IMG/VR virus record: IMGVR_UViG_3300025133_000106
DNA: 61,666 nt
Reading direction: 5' to 3' (one strand)
From: a virus
The notes beneath the pieces were generated by a model. That model did no database searches. It was given only the letters and a program-made list of their open reading frames with translations, and was not told the origin of the DNA. Positions 50,339-60,774 of this stretch are shown in pieces. A program made the position numbers and the translations under genes. Each line of letters starts with the position of its first letter. Position 1 is the first letter of the stretch.

Positions 50339-51145
50339 GTGCCTAAGGTGAATTATAGTAATATAATTCTTTATATGGTTAATACGGATATTGGAGAAAT
50401 CATCACTAAAGCGCTTCAACTCGTTAATGATGGGACCCCAGTATCTACAGCATTACTTAAATCATGCCCTCTTGATAAAAAAGACCGCATCGATATATTA
50501 TTCGCTCAGGCATTATCTTTGATGCCTGTTCAAGGTGCTCCCAAATTTCATTTAGCCATTCTACACCAGATGCTTAAAATATCTGGTTCACCTAAAATTT
50601 TTACCAAAACAAAAAAGGATACTATTATGCAAATTACTCCAACAAAGACAAAAGCAAAGACAAAGAAAAAGAAGTTCAATGAGGGTGATACATTCAATGT
50701 CGTCGCTAACCTTGGCCTTCAACCAACTAATCCTGACAAGGGCACACAGTTAATCAGCTATCAATTTAGCCGCAAGACTTTACGAGATGGCATCATGGAT
50801 GTCCCTCGTCAAACGAGTGTTGTGTTTACTGGGTACGGCGAAGTGTATGAAGGAAATGCGAAATCAAAGCGTATGATCTTTAAAGTTTCTGCAGGAACAG
50901 CAATGCTCGATGGCGAAATTCTTGATAGTGATGTTTTAGTCGCTGGTGTCGACAATCATGTAGATGATACCAGTGAATATAACATTCAGAGCCAGATTGC
51001 TTCAGCGCGCCGTGAAGAAAAGCGCATTGAGCGTGAAGCCTTAACACTTGCTGCAGACGCAGTTAAGGCAGCAGCGGCCGGTGATATTACTAGTGAATCC
51101 GCAGAGCCCTCTTTAGAGCAATTAGCAGAGATCGAAGCCGCGTAA
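50339..51145 (+). CDS. hypothetical protein
   Basis: 268-aa ORF. Confidence 0.45.
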   Translation: MPKVNYSNIILYMVNTDIGEIITKALQLVNDGTPVSTALLKSCPLDKKDRIDILFAQALSLMPVQGAPKFHLAILHQMLKISGSPKIFTKTKKDTIMQITPTKTKAKTKKKKFNEGDTFNVVANLGLQPTNPDKGTQLISYQFSRKTLRDGIMDVPRQTSVVFTGYGEVYEGNAKSKRMIFKVSAGTAMLDGEILDSDVLVAGVDNHVDDTSEYNIQSQIASARREEKRIEREALTLAADAVKAAAAGDITSESAEPSLEQLAEIEAA

Positions 51146-51330
51146 TGTGACAACTGCAATCGCATACATAATTTACGCATTTGGTCCACTTGTACTACAA
51201 GTAGCACTCTTTCTTGGGCTCTTATGGGGTATCCCATATACAATTGATATAGCAATAAAGCTTTATGATAAAATTATGTATCTATTGTCATCCTTACGTG
51301 ATAAAATTTAATTCCACACAAAGGAATTAA

Positions 51331-51534
51331 ATGGCAAAAAAACGATTTCCAGATAAGCATGTCGATACTCTAAAAAGAATTTCAAAAGAAAAAGGCCCAT
51401 TAAACAGATTTACATTGGCTGCTGCTTTAGCAAAAGAGCTTGGCATTCGTAATAGTACTGCGCTTGATTATGTTTTAGGCGCAGTTGCTGAGGGCTATCT
51501 CACGAAAAGAGGGTTTTCGTATGTTGCCAATTAA
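51331..51534 (+). CDS. hypothetical small protein (HTH-like?)
   Basis: 67-aa ORF. Confidence 0.4.
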   Translation: MAKKRFPDKHVDTLKRISKEKGPLNRFTLAAALAKELGIRNSTALDYVLGAVAEGYLTKRGFSYVAN

Positions 51535-51820
51535 GCAATCTCTAAGAAAGGAGAGGTCTGGCTTTCCAGACCGAATAAAACTTGAGTCTATGACTATTCA
51601 TAATGTTGCGAACCCTCATTTTCTTCATGATGGGGATGAATATTTTGTAGCTCCAGAACTTAATGGCTCTTGGGCTGTTACTAAGTTTAGCTGGAAGGGG
51701 TCACTTGGTGAGTATAGTGTTGCATACAACGGTAAAAATGTATCATGCACGTGCCCTTCTGGTCGACGCCATACTGAATGCAAACATAAACAGATGGTTG
51801 CGATGATTATACAAAAATAG
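51521..51820 (+). CDS. hypothetical protein with C-terminal CxC...C..H..C..H cluster
   Basis: SCTCPSGRRHTECKHKQ. Confidence 0.4.
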   Translation: MLPIKQSLRKERSGFPDRIKLESMTIHNVANPHFLHDGDEYFVAPELNGSWAVTKFSWKGSLGEYSVAYNGKNVSCTCPSGRRHTECKHKQMVAMIIQK

Positions 51821-51891
51821 TTAAAATACCTGTGTAATTTGAGTCCTATTCGATATATTATTTAATCACATTCAAGGAATAATTCCTTATT

Positions 51892-52395
51892 ATGAAAGGC
51901 AAGAAAATGAAGTTCGAAGCAGGAAAAACGTATAACCTATTAACTCAGATGTCCCTCCGCGAAGATGGTCCTTTGCTAAGAGTTAGTCGCCGTATCACTG
52001 AAGGGTCGCGCGTCGTAGAGCCATCGGATAATATGCTCTTCAAGGAGCGTCGAAATGGCCTTCCTATCTTTGCGCTAAGTGATGGTACGGAGGTTGTTGG
52101 GCATAACACACACTTTGATTCGAGTGATAAGTACAACACTGGTGCAAAGTCTGCTAGCAGCACCAGCTCCCTTGAGAAAAAGATTGCTGCAGCTGACTCA
52201 GCAATCGCATACCGCCAAGGCGTCTTGACACGTGCTGAGGAGGCCGTCACCGTGCAACAAGTAAAGCTCGCAGCGCTTGTTGCAGATAAAGAGGCTTTGC
52301 AAGTACAGATGGATGCTTCGACCGTTCATCTTACAGAAGCCGAAGCATCCGACGAGCCCAACACCAAGGTTACCGATACAGCAGTCGCAAGCTAG
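51892..52395 (+). CDS. hypothetical protein
   Basis: 167-aa ORF. Confidence 0.45.
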   Translation: MKGKKMKFEAGKTYNLLTQMSLREDGPLLRVSRRITEGSRVVEPSDNMLFKERRNGLPIFALSDGTEVVGHNTHFDSSDKYNTGAKSASSTSSLEKKIAAADSAIAYRQGVLTRAEEAVTVQQVKLAALVADKEALQVQMDASTVHLTEAEASDEPNTKVTDTAVAS

Positions 52396-52409
52396 ATAAG
52401 AAGGCAGCC

Positions 52410-52883
52410 ATGAAAAACTATAGGAAGATGCAGGAAGCAATGGACACTGCACATACTCGTTGGTCAAGCGGTGATTTAAAAGGCAAGCCATACACTGATT
52501 TTATTGGTGCATTACCCATACCTGATCAGTATGTAGTGTCTATTGGGCATATGAATTACCAAGTTACTAATGGCGGGTGGGCACAGTGGATAGACAATAG
52601 ATACCATCTAAGGGCAGATGTACTTAAATCTGGTTTAGCTATAGTTAATACTGCAGCATCAAAAAGAGCCCTCTCTATCCTTTGCTCTGTTTTGTCAAAG
52701 TATCAAAAACATCAAAATAATAGATTTTATGGACAGTTTGTTAACTGGACATGCGATGATTGTGGCGATTATGATGCTATGGTTGACAGTATCGAACCTG
52801 AGTGTGACGAGTATTATGCCATAAATCTTGAACTCCTTGATGACGTAGAAGCATTTCTTTTGCAGGTGCCGAATGCGTCATAA
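52410..52883 (+). CDS. hypothetical protein
   Basis: 157-aa ORF. Confidence 0.45.
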   Translation: MKNYRKMQEAMDTAHTRWSSGDLKGKPYTDFIGALPIPDQYVVSIGHMNYQVTNGGWAQWIDNRYHLRADVLKSGLAIVNTAASKRALSILCSVLSKYQKHQNNRFYGQFVNWTCDDCGDYDAMVDSIEPECDEYYAINLELLDDVEAFLLQVPNAS

Positions 52884-53054
52884 CACAATAATATTCATGT
52901 TGCTTAGCATCGTGCTTGTGCCAGCTGGTTATGCAGCAGGCTCAGCATATACGTCATTTGTTCGTTACGAATTCAATGATTGCTCTAAAGATATCACGGC
53001 ATATAGCTTGTTCGATGACAGGTGGTTTTGTCCAGCCTGGAAAAACAGAAGGTA

Positions 53055-53378
53055 GGAATGGGAAACATGCTCTATACGGACGTAAGTCCATCACTTAAGA
53101 TAACGTCAAAATCTTCACCGAGTGATTTGACTTTATTATATGAGATAACATCAACAAATAAATTGAAGTTGCACCAACTTACTAGCTTGGCCGACACTGG
53201 ATTTCTTGGTTTCGGCACTGGGCTGGCGATTAAATCAAAAATAGATGGTTCTGAAATTCCGACTGAACAAAGAGCTATCGATTGTATCAATTCTGTGACG
53301 GGGAAGGTTGAGGATGGTGTACCCCAAATTAAAATCCCTGTTTACAAGTATATATGCGAACGAAAAAAGGTTGAGTAA
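53055..53378 (+). CDS. hypothetical protein
   Basis: ORF, start uncertain. Confidence 0.35.
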   Translation, partial: GMGNMLYTDVSPSLKITSKSSPSDLTLLYEITSTNKLKLHQLTSLADTGFLGFGTGLAIKSKIDGSEIPTEQRAIDCINSVTGKVEDGVPQIKIPVYKYICERKKVE

Positions 53379-53441
53379 CTTTGAACATAAAGCGGCATTG
53401 GGTATTGTTATTGATTCTTTTTTTCTTTTAAAGGGTGGTGA

Positions 53442-54620
53442 GTGATGCTTTATAAACGATTATTTAAACTTAACAGTACGGGTTCTACTCAAGTCTGGGA
53501 GATCCATCATTCACCTGATGAGTGTAAATATTGGACAGTGTCTGGTAAACTTAATGGTAAGATGACTACATCGGCGTCACGAGACATTAAACCGAAGGCC
53601 GGCCGTTCTCAACATGAACAACTAACACTAGAGCTGAATTCTAATCTTCTGAGACAGAGCAGAAAGAAGTATGTTGAAGACATCACTGATATCGGCACCA
53701 ACGCTGATGCAGCACTACCTGGGTATACTGCAATACTCGCAAAGAAGTGGGAAGATCAAAAGAGAAAAATTAAGTTTCCGTGCGTTACACAGCCAAAACT
53801 TGATGGTATTAGATGCTTGGCAACTAAAGATGGCTTTTTCACACGGGGCAGAAAACCTATCGAAGCTTGTGCCCACATCAGAAAGGCACTTGTACCCTTT
53901 TTTCGAAAATATCCAGAAGCGATGCTTGATGGAGAGCTTTATTCTCATGACTTAAAAGATGATTTTGAATCAATTATCAAGGCAGTTAAAAAAACAGACG
54001 CGCATGCAACTCCTGCTGATTACGAAAAACAAAAGCAAGTACAGTATCATGTTTATGATTGCCCGATAATTGGTACATTAAATCAGGATATCTCTTTTAT
54101 CAAAAGGTTTCTTATGGCAAAAGCTGCTCTTGGGCAGCTGGTACCGAATCATGTAGTAGTAGTGGAAACAAAATTCTCTGTTCCAGATGAAGCCGAGGTA
54201 ACATTGTTACATTCAGGTTATCTATCTGCTGGATATGAAGGCACCATGATTCGTAATACGCATATGCCTTATTGCGGTAAACGCACAGATAATTTACTAA
54301 AACGTAAAGAATTTGATGACGCTGAGTTTGAAGTCGTTGGTGTTAAAGAGGGCGTCGGCGCTTTAAAGGGGCATCTAGGTGCTTTTGTGTTAAAAACCCC
54401 CACCGGCTCTAATTTTGGCCCAAACGGCGGCGGAGCAACATTCAGAGCAAAATTAGAAGGCAGTTTCGATAGGCTTGCATGGATTTGGAAAAACCCAGAT
54501 GCCGTTATTGGAAAGATGGTTACTGTTCGCTACCAAGGGTTGACAAATAGAGAATATGTTCCTCGGTTTCCAGTAGCGATCTCAGTTAGAGGCTTGCAAG
54601 ATAAGAGCGACTGGTTATAA
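53442..54620 (+). CDS. ATP-dependent DNA ligase
   Basis: Motif I KxDGxR as QPKLDGIRCLA; downstream motifs DGELYSH (III) and EGTMIRN (IV); ~390 aa like small phage ligases. Confidence 0.75.
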   Translation: MMLYKRLFKLNSTGSTQVWEIHHSPDECKYWTVSGKLNGKMTTSASRDIKPKAGRSQHEQLTLELNSNLLRQSRKKYVEDITDIGTNADAALPGYTAILAKKWEDQKRKIKFPCVTQPKLDGIRCLATKDGFFTRGRKPIEACAHIRKALVPFFRKYPEAMLDGELYSHDLKDDFESIIKAVKKTDAHATPADYEKQKQVQYHVYDCPIIGTLNQDISFIKRFLMAKAALGQLVPNHVVVVETKFSVPDEAEVTLLHSGYLSAGYEGTMIRNTHMPYCGKRTDNLLKRKEFDDAEFEVVGVKEGVGALKGHLGAFVLKTPTGSNFGPNGGGATFRAKLEGSFDRLAWIWKNPDAVIGKMVTVRYQGLTNREYVPRFPVAISVRGLQDKSDWL

Positions 54621-54666
54621 ATTAGTTGCTATTTGAGATTTAAATGAGGTTAAATTAAGGAGTAAA

Positions 54667-55080
54667 ATGGATATTTCAAGAATTTTAGTATACGTATTTG
54701 CCTTTTTCGTGATTATCGGAATGTTAGGTATAATTACCGATTATACATCGGCATCCAGAGCAGTGGCAACAGCACCAGCGCGTGTTGTTACCGAGACATT
54801 CGAGACTGATAATGTCATTACAAACTATGAGTGGTTTTTTGATGTTCATGCGTCATTCGTAGCCAAAGTGTCTGATATTAGGGCACATAGTGCATTGATT
54901 GAGACCGAAACTGACGCCGGAGAACTCCGGAGACTGAGGGTCGAGTTTGTGGGCATGCAGCAAATGTGCAGAATGCTAGTTACAAAGTATAATGCAAATT
55001 CACGTAAAGCAAACGTTAACATTTTTAAAGGTCGATCTACACCTGAGAAGCTAGAAATGAAAGAGTGTGAAGTTCTATGA
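54667..55080 (+). CDS. membrane-anchored hypothetical protein
   Basis: N-terminal TM ILVYVFAFFVIIGMLGII. Confidence 0.45.
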   Translation: MDISRILVYVFAFFVIIGMLGIITDYTSASRAVATAPARVVTETFETDNVITNYEWFFDVHASFVAKVSDIRAHSALIETETDAGELRRLRVEFVGMQQMCRMLVTKYNANSRKANVNIFKGRSTPEKLEMKECEVL

Positions 55081-55607
55081 ATCGATTTATGAATCTATTA
55101 ATTATTATGTTGTTTGGTGGCGCATCCACGGCATGCGTCCCTGACAGGACGCCACCGACACAGAAACAAATCCAGGCAAAGAGGGCAAGAAAGGCGGCAC
55201 GCTCTGTTAAATTTACTGGAAACGCTGAAGTTGATAATTTGAAGAAGCGCTTAGAGTTAACGTCAGATCCAGGCCTACAGGGATATATCACGCTATTCAG
55301 CCAATCTGGAGCACCAATCGCTTACCATGTTGTCAAGGGAAAGGTTAGCTCAGGGAGCAAAAGGCTGACTTCTACTATGCGTGTTGTCACACCTGACTAC
55401 GCTTCCGATGGCCACCTGGTGGTACCCGCGCCAGGTGATGAAGGGACATACGGCAGTTCATCACCGTATATTTATTTCTGGACAGCTAGCGGCAACTATG
55501 TCCAATGGACGGGTGAATATATATACACAACGTACCCTCAAAGACTTCGCATCGAACCTGTGTTGTTAGCCATTACTCCCGCCGCAGCCTCGAAGTCAAA
55601 TGATTAA
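55077..55607 (+). CDS. secreted protein / possible lipoprotein
   Basis: Signal peptide MNRFMNLLIIMLFGGASTAC. Confidence 0.5.
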   Translation: MNRFMNLLIIMLFGGASTACVPDRTPPTQKQIQAKRARKAARSVKFTGNAEVDNLKKRLELTSDPGLQGYITLFSQSGAPIAYHVVKGKVSSGSKRLTSTMRVVTPDYASDGHLVVPAPGDEGTYGSSSPYIYFWTASGNYVQWTGEYIYTTYPQRLRIEPVLLAITPAAASKSND

Positions 55608-55645
55608 ACGCATAATAGCCAAGGCACAAGATTATGCGTTTTACG
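55608..55645 (+). terminator. hairpin terminator candidate
   Basis: aacgcataat-(14 nt)-attatgcgtt followed by ttt. Confidence 0.4.
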
Positions 55646-55769
55646 CCATATTTTATTTGATAATAATTCCATCTCTTTTTTGTGTCTTGGCGTATGCAAG
55701 TTTGAGCGAGTTCATCAAAAAAAGAAAAAAATAGCGTGTTCTTAGAATTAATATAAGGTACAATAATAC

Positions 55770-56132
55770 ATGAAGTTTGGAATATACAGTGCTGAAGTGC
55801 ACACACGACATAAGGGGTTTGTTTATGAAAACTTGAGTGGGCATGAGGTTCTTTGCTCTGAGATCATTGATGCAGATTCCTGGGTAGCAGCTACTAAAGC
55901 TGTAGCTAACAGAAATATTTCTGATTTAAAGGTGGTAGATGTGGTTACTTACTTTATACGGCAAGTACCCCCAACTGGATCACATCTAACAGAGGATGCA
56001 ATCGATATTGCTTTTGACAAGTTTCGGGAGACACCTAAGCAACCAGAAAAAAAAGCTCCAGACGAAGGTACCGCATTAGCTAGCTTTTTTATGACAAGAC
56101 CAGGTGAATGGAAAGGGTTCGGAAAAGGGTAA
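55770..56132 (+). CDS. hypothetical protein
   Basis: 120-aa ORF. Confidence 0.45.
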   Translation: MKFGIYSAEVHTRHKGFVYENLSGHEVLCSEIIDADSWVAATKAVANRNISDLKVVDVVTYFIRQVPPTGSHLTEDAIDIAFDKFRETPKQPEKKAPDEGTALASFFMTRPGEWKGFGKG

Positions 56133-56134
56133 GG

Positions 56135-56206
56135 GTGATCATAGCTCAATGGTAGAGCCCAGCACTACAGGCTGGTATGTTGAGGGTTCGAGTCCCTCTG
56201 ATCATA
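56135..56206 (+). tRNA. tRNA (cloverleaf; anticodon loop ACUACAG, anticodon UAC=Val if canonical numbering)
   Basis: Acceptor GTGATCA/TGATCAT, D-arm GCTC-AATGGTA-GAGC, anticodon stem CCAGC/GCTGG, T-arm GAGGG-TTCGAGT-CCCTC, discriminator A; no encoded CCA. Confidence 0.6.
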
Positions 56207-56212
56207 TGAAAT

Positions 56213-58204
56213 ATGGCAAAAGTTAATTTAGAAAACAGAACATTAACGACAACTGGTATCGGCGATGAAATACGCTTCGAGATTTCTAATAAGGCCGGTG
56301 ATAACGCACACTTGATGCGTATCATGAGAGATCAGTTATATACAGATAATATATTGGCGGTGTTACGTGAATATGGGGCTAACGCTAGGGATGCAAATGC
56401 TGAAGCGGGTAATGAAGACATACCCATTAAAGTTAACTTACCAACCGCACTAACACCGACTCTAAAGATACGGGATAACGGCCCCGGCCTATCAGAGGAA
56501 GGTATACGAGTTTACGTTAGTTATGGCTCTTCTACTAAACGTGATACTAATGAACAAGTTGGTACACTTGGAATTGGGTCAAAAGCTGCATTCTCTTATA
56601 CATCATCATTTAACATAACTTCATGGCACAAAGGTATGAAGCGTGTATATAATGCTGCATTAGATGAATTAGATGAAGGCATTTTATGCTTGCTATACGA
56701 AGATGAGTGTGATATAGGTATAACAGGCGTCGAGATTGCAATTCCTGTAAAGCAAGCTGATCACAGAGCCTTCCTTTTGAAAGCAGGACATGTATTTAAG
56801 TACATGAGCGCAAACGTTAAATTTAATCTCCCTGACGTTATATCTGATAGATTAGATGATGTGACTTTCAAGGGTACAAAAGCAGAACTTTTACGCCGGG
56901 CCAACAATAATGAAGCAGTTATGGGAGGTATTTCATACAAAGTTTCATCAGAAGAAATTACTAGTGTGATGAATACCAATGACTATGATTTCGGCTGGTA
57001 CTCAAGATTCAGGTTTTTCTTTGACATAGGTGAAGTGGACTTCACGGCAAACAGAGAAGAGTTAAAATACACTCCAAGAACAAGGGCGGCACTAAAGAAA
57101 ACAATTTCAACCCTTTATACAGATTTACTAGCAAAACTACATAAAGTTAAAAATTCTCAATGTTCATCTTGGGAGAAGAAAATATTCTATTATAAGTTTT
57201 GCAATGCTGGAATTAAACTGCCCTTTAATTTTAAGCCGAAGAGTTTTATATGCAAAAGAGCAAAAACTTTTAACGGAAAAAGAGCACTACTTCCTCCTAA
57301 AAAACAAACGCAGATCATTATTATTGATACAAGAAAAGCACTTAAAGGGTACATGATACCATCAGGTGCTGTTACGTTACGACCTGCAACAGGATGCACG
57401 GCAGATGATGTTTTTGCTGAATTGGAATCTCTGGTTGCAGAGCAAGGATGCGAAGGTATACCAATTAGTAGAATTTCATCTTTACCTTGGACTGGTAAAG
57501 ATGTACCAAAGAAAGTACCAAACTCAAAACATGGGCATAGGGCATTTCGTCTTATGCCCCAAGCTGTTTACTCGTTGCAATCAGAAAACTGGATACCCAG
57601 GGTGTCGCTACAAGCAGATACTGACGTATACTTTCTTTTGTGTAGATTTGTGCCCCATGAAATGAAAAATTATCTTGATATTATTGATAAAGACAAGAAA
57701 GTTGCAGCTAAACTTGGCATTGATTTTCCAAAAATTTACGGGTACAAATCTACAGAAAAATCGCCGGTAAAGCCTGGAACCGTAAAGGGTATATCATATT
57801 CGGCATGGCGAGCTACCTTCTATGAAGAAATACAAAAGCACCCTTTAGTGATCGATGAACTTAGAAATATCGCTTGGAAAAACCACCGTATTAGTAGCAC
57901 TTGGAGATACACAAACGCAACATCACTTTTGTTAAAAAGTACAAAATCTATACTTCCTGCTGAACACATATTATCAAGGTATCTAAATGCAGCGACAAAA
58001 GGCATCTCATGGAAATGGACAAATTTTCAATATCTTTTATCACAATGTAAAGGTATTGTGTACCCAACAGAACATGAAGATTATCTAGCTTTGCTTTCTG
58101 CGGATTACCCTCTTTTGATGAAGTGTTTTGGTGAAGTAAATGAGGGTACTATCACAGACTGGGTGGATTACATTCTATTAAAGGACGCTGCAAAAGCAGC
58201 ATAA
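56213..58204 (+). CDS. rIIA: rIIA-like protein (GHKL/Bergerat-fold ATPase)
   Basis: N-box VLREYGANARDA, G1 IRDNGPGL, G2 region VGTLGIGSKAAFSYTSSFNITSWHKG closely resembling T4 rIIA [22 protein letters not shown] (from memory); 663 aa. Confidence 0.7.
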   Translation: MAKVNLENRTLTTTGIGDEIRFEISNKAGDNAHLMRIMRDQLYTDNILAVLREYGANARDANAEAGNEDIPIKVNLPTALTPTLKIRDNGPGLSEEGIRVYVSYGSSTKRDTNEQVGTLGIGSKAAFSYTSSFNITSWHKGMKRVYNAALDELDEGILCLLYEDECDIGITGVEIAIPVKQADHRAFLLKAGHVFKYMSANVKFNLPDVISDRLDDVTFKGTKAELLRRANNNEAVMGGISYKVSSEEITSVMNTNDYDFGWYSRFRFFFDIGEVDFTANREELKYTPRTRAALKKTISTLYTDLLAKLHKVKNSQCSSWEKKIFYYKFCNAGIKLPFNFKPKSFICKRAKTFNGKRALLPPKKQTQIIIIDTRKALKGYMIPSGAVTLRPATGCTADDVFAELESLVAEQGCEGIPISRISSLPWTGKDVPKKVPNSKHGHRAFRLMPQAVYSLQSENWIPRVSLQADTDVYFLLCRFVPHEMKNYLDIIDKDKKVAAKLGIDFPKIYGYKSTEKSPVKPGTVKGISYSAWRATFYEEIQKHPLVIDELRNIAWKNHRISSTWRYTNATSLLLKSTKSILPAEHILSRYLNAATKGISWKWTNFQYLLSQCKGIVYPTEHEDYLALLSADYPLLMKCFGEVNEGTITDWVDYILLKDAAKAA

Positions 58205-58214
58205 CAAGGCATAC

Positions 58215-59222
58215 ATGAAATATAGCATAACTAACGACGTCATAACATTAATATTACCATCTGGTGAACTAGAGACCTTACATAGAGAAGATGATAACTT
58301 TTCTTCATTGCGAGATGCACTCTTTCGAGAAGATTGGGATGAAGCACTTTCTTTGGCCTCTCCAAAGAGTGCAATTAAAAACTGGGCATCAGGTGATTTT
58401 GAAGTAACTGATGATGATACTATTCTTTACAAAAAAGAAGCTATTCCAATTGAGCTGGCTCAACGAATTCTTTCGATGGTAAGGAACGACGCATCACCAG
58501 ATGTATTCATGAACTTCTGGATACGGTTGAATAATAATACAAGCGCCCGCTCTATTGAGCAACTATATAAATTTTTAGAGCATGAAAATATTCCCCTGAC
58601 GGATAAAGGGACATTTTTGGCGTACAAATCTGTTACACAAGATTATCTTGACCATCATACAAAAACGATCTCTAATAAGCCTGGCTGCACGAATGAAATG
58701 CCCAGAAACAAGATTTCAGATGACCCAAACTCAGCATGCAGCTATGGATATCATGTCGGCGCGCTTGAATACGCTGAAGGTTTTGGTAACGGAAGTAGGA
58801 TTCTGATCTGTGAAGTGGATCCAGCTGACGTCGTTTGTGTTCCCTATGATTGTTCATACCAGAAAGTAAGAGTTTGTAAGTATACTGTTTTGCATGAGTA
58901 TACACAAGCACTGCCATCTGTTACATGGTCATATAGAGATGATGATGTGAGCATTGATGATTGCGATGATTGTGATGATTATGGTGATTGTGGTGATCCT
59001 TTTGAGCTTGGCCGTCCGAGTGATATCCACAGCCAGCCAGCCGGCCACCCCGTAGTTAAGCCAACTCAACCAGACTGGACTAAGTTTACCATTTACCCAC
59101 TCGAAGATTTTACACTCAAGCAATTGCGCGAATATGCTAGAAAACATCTGAAGATTAGCACTGCGAATTCTATCCCTGGGGGCAAAAAAGCTTTAATAAA
59201 ACGCATCAGGGAAACTTGGTAA
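58215..59222 (+). CDS. rIIB: rIIB-like protein (by position and size)
   Basis: 335-aa ORF immediately after rIIA-like gene; Asp/Cys-rich segment DDCDDCDDYGDCGD; assignment by synteny only. Confidence 0.4.
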   Translation: MKYSITNDVITLILPSGELETLHREDDNFSSLRDALFREDWDEALSLASPKSAIKNWASGDFEVTDDDTILYKKEAIPIELAQRILSMVRNDASPDVFMNFWIRLNNNTSARSIEQLYKFLEHENIPLTDKGTFLAYKSVTQDYLDHHTKTISNKPGCTNEMPRNKISDDPNSACSYGYHVGALEYAEGFGNGSRILICEVDPADVVCVPYDCSYQKVRVCKYTVLHEYTQALPSVTWSYRDDDVSIDDCDDCDDYGDCGDPFELGRPSDIHSQPAGHPVVKPTQPDWTKFTIYPLEDFTLKQLREYARKHLKISTANSIPGGKKALIKRIRETW

Positions 59223-59265
59223 TAATAAGTTGTAATGGTTATCCATATGATTTATAATAAATCAT

Positions 59266-59550
59266 ATGGATAACCTTCAAGCATTGTTCAAAAAAACGCT
59301 AGATGACGTGGGCACGCAAATAAACGATAGAGTGGCCGCTGCAGAATTACTTCTTGCGGAGGCAGTTGCAATATCAAATGAACACGGGATTCCATTTGAG
59401 TCAGGAGTATCACAGCGTAGTTTCGTACATTCTCCGCCAATCTTCGATATATTCGAAGGGATTAGCCTTAAATTTGTTGCAAATCTAACAGGCATTGAAG
59501 TTTATGATTTAGAAGAAAGTAGCGGTTGGAATGCCTCACAAGTTTGCTAA
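59266..59550 (+). CDS. hypothetical protein
   Basis: 94-aa ORF. Confidence 0.35.
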   Translation: MDNLQALFKKTLDDVGTQINDRVAAAELLLAEAVAISNEHGIPFESGVSQRSFVHSPPIFDIFEGISLKFVANLTGIEVYDLEESSGWNASQVC

Positions 59551-60454
59551 TCTAATTTTAGTTGGTAGTCGTGCCCTTGCTTTAAGATCACAAAGATTTA
59601 AAATTCGAGACGATGCTGATTTTGACTTTGTCGGCACAGAAAGTGATGCAAGATATTTTATTGAAGAAAATAGAAGTGCAATCAAACCAAGAAAAGTGTA
59701 TTTGCACCTAGGGAGAAATCTGATAGTTCAAGGCACTGTTAATCTTGAGTTTGAGCTAGTCTCTAAGAGAGAGAGTTCGCGCATGCTTCATTCTCTTGTT
59801 AAGAATGATACAGCATCTTTTCAAACTGACTTTGGGCTTGTTCCAAGCATTGACCTTCTGTTTGCGTTAAAGTCATCTCATCGTTATCTTAAAGATAATC
59901 CTCATTTTTGGAAAACAGTCCATCACTATCATTTTATGAAGGCGATGGGAGCCACTGTTAAATCAGAACACGTAGATTTTATAAAATTGCGAGAAAAAGA
60001 GACGTATAACTACCCTCTCCCCTCGCTAGATAAAAGTAAAAAAGCATTCTTCAATCGTGATCAGATTGATTATAAATACGACCATGATTCTATTCATGAC
60101 GCAGTCAAGCTATATAATCGCCCTGCATATACTTTTTTCCAGAAAGATGGGCAAGAGGTTGCTGTTGATAAGAGTAAGTTTGATGCTTTAACGAATGACC
60201 TGAAGCTTGCATCCGTGATCGAAGAATCAGCAGTATTAGCGATCGAAAGAAGCTTGGTACCGCACCCGGGCGTTTTGTCTGAGAGACAAGCTTGGATGCT
60301 TGCTCTATCAAAAGTCTGTACAAGCATAACGTCTGGGTGGTGGAGAGAATTTGCATACGAAAATGTTATTGATGCAGTAGCAGATTACCCTAAGGATTAT
60401 TTTTCTAAATTCACACAAGGCCTTAAATCTGGCGTCATAAAAGACTTTAAGTAA
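59531..60454 (+). CDS. hypothetical protein
   Basis: 307-aa ORF. Confidence 0.5.
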   Translation: MPHKFANLILVGSRALALRSQRFKIRDDADFDFVGTESDARYFIEENRSAIKPRKVYLHLGRNLIVQGTVNLEFELVSKRESSRMLHSLVKNDTASFQTDFGLVPSIDLLFALKSSHRYLKDNPHFWKTVHHYHFMKAMGATVKSEHVDFIKLREKETYNYPLPSLDKSKKAFFNRDQIDYKYDHDSIHDAVKLYNRPAYTFFQKDGQEVAVDKSKFDALTNDLKLASVIEESAVLAIERSLVPHPGVLSERQAWMLALSKVCTSITSGWWREFAYENVIDAVADYPKDYFSKFTQGLKSGVIKDFK

Positions 60455-60774
60455 TGAGATATCCATCAATCTATAAAAATGCTAAACAGTTAGCATTAGC
60501 GAATGGTCAAATATATCATATCGCAGCAATTCTATGGAGAAAGCGGACGCCCATAAGCATTGGTGTTAATACGTCACAAACGCATCCCTTGTTCAAAGGG
60601 TATCGGACTGAGACAAGGCATGCAGAGACGTGTGTTTTGCCATTAGCGAAAAAGGGCGATATCATCGAGATTTTAAGGTGGACGCTTGATGGAGTGTGCG
60701 CGCCAATAGAGCCTTGTAGGATTTGTTGTATGCAAATTCGAAAGAGGGGGCTGAAGGTGCGACTGTGTCTTTGA
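60454..60774 (+). CDS. cytidine-deaminase-fold protein (second CDA-like gene)
   Basis: HAETCVL ... EPCRICCMQI zinc-binding pattern (H(A/C)E ... PCxxC). Confidence 0.5.
   Translation: MRYPSIYKNAKQLALANGQIYHIAAILWRKRTPISIGVNTSQTHPLFKGYRTETRHAETCVLPLAKKGDIIEILRWTLDGVCAPIEPCRICCMQIRKRGLKVRLCL

Noticed and set aside
57366-57665. 99-aa ORF inside rIIA-like gene
   Set aside because: It is embedded in another frame of a well-supported long ORF.
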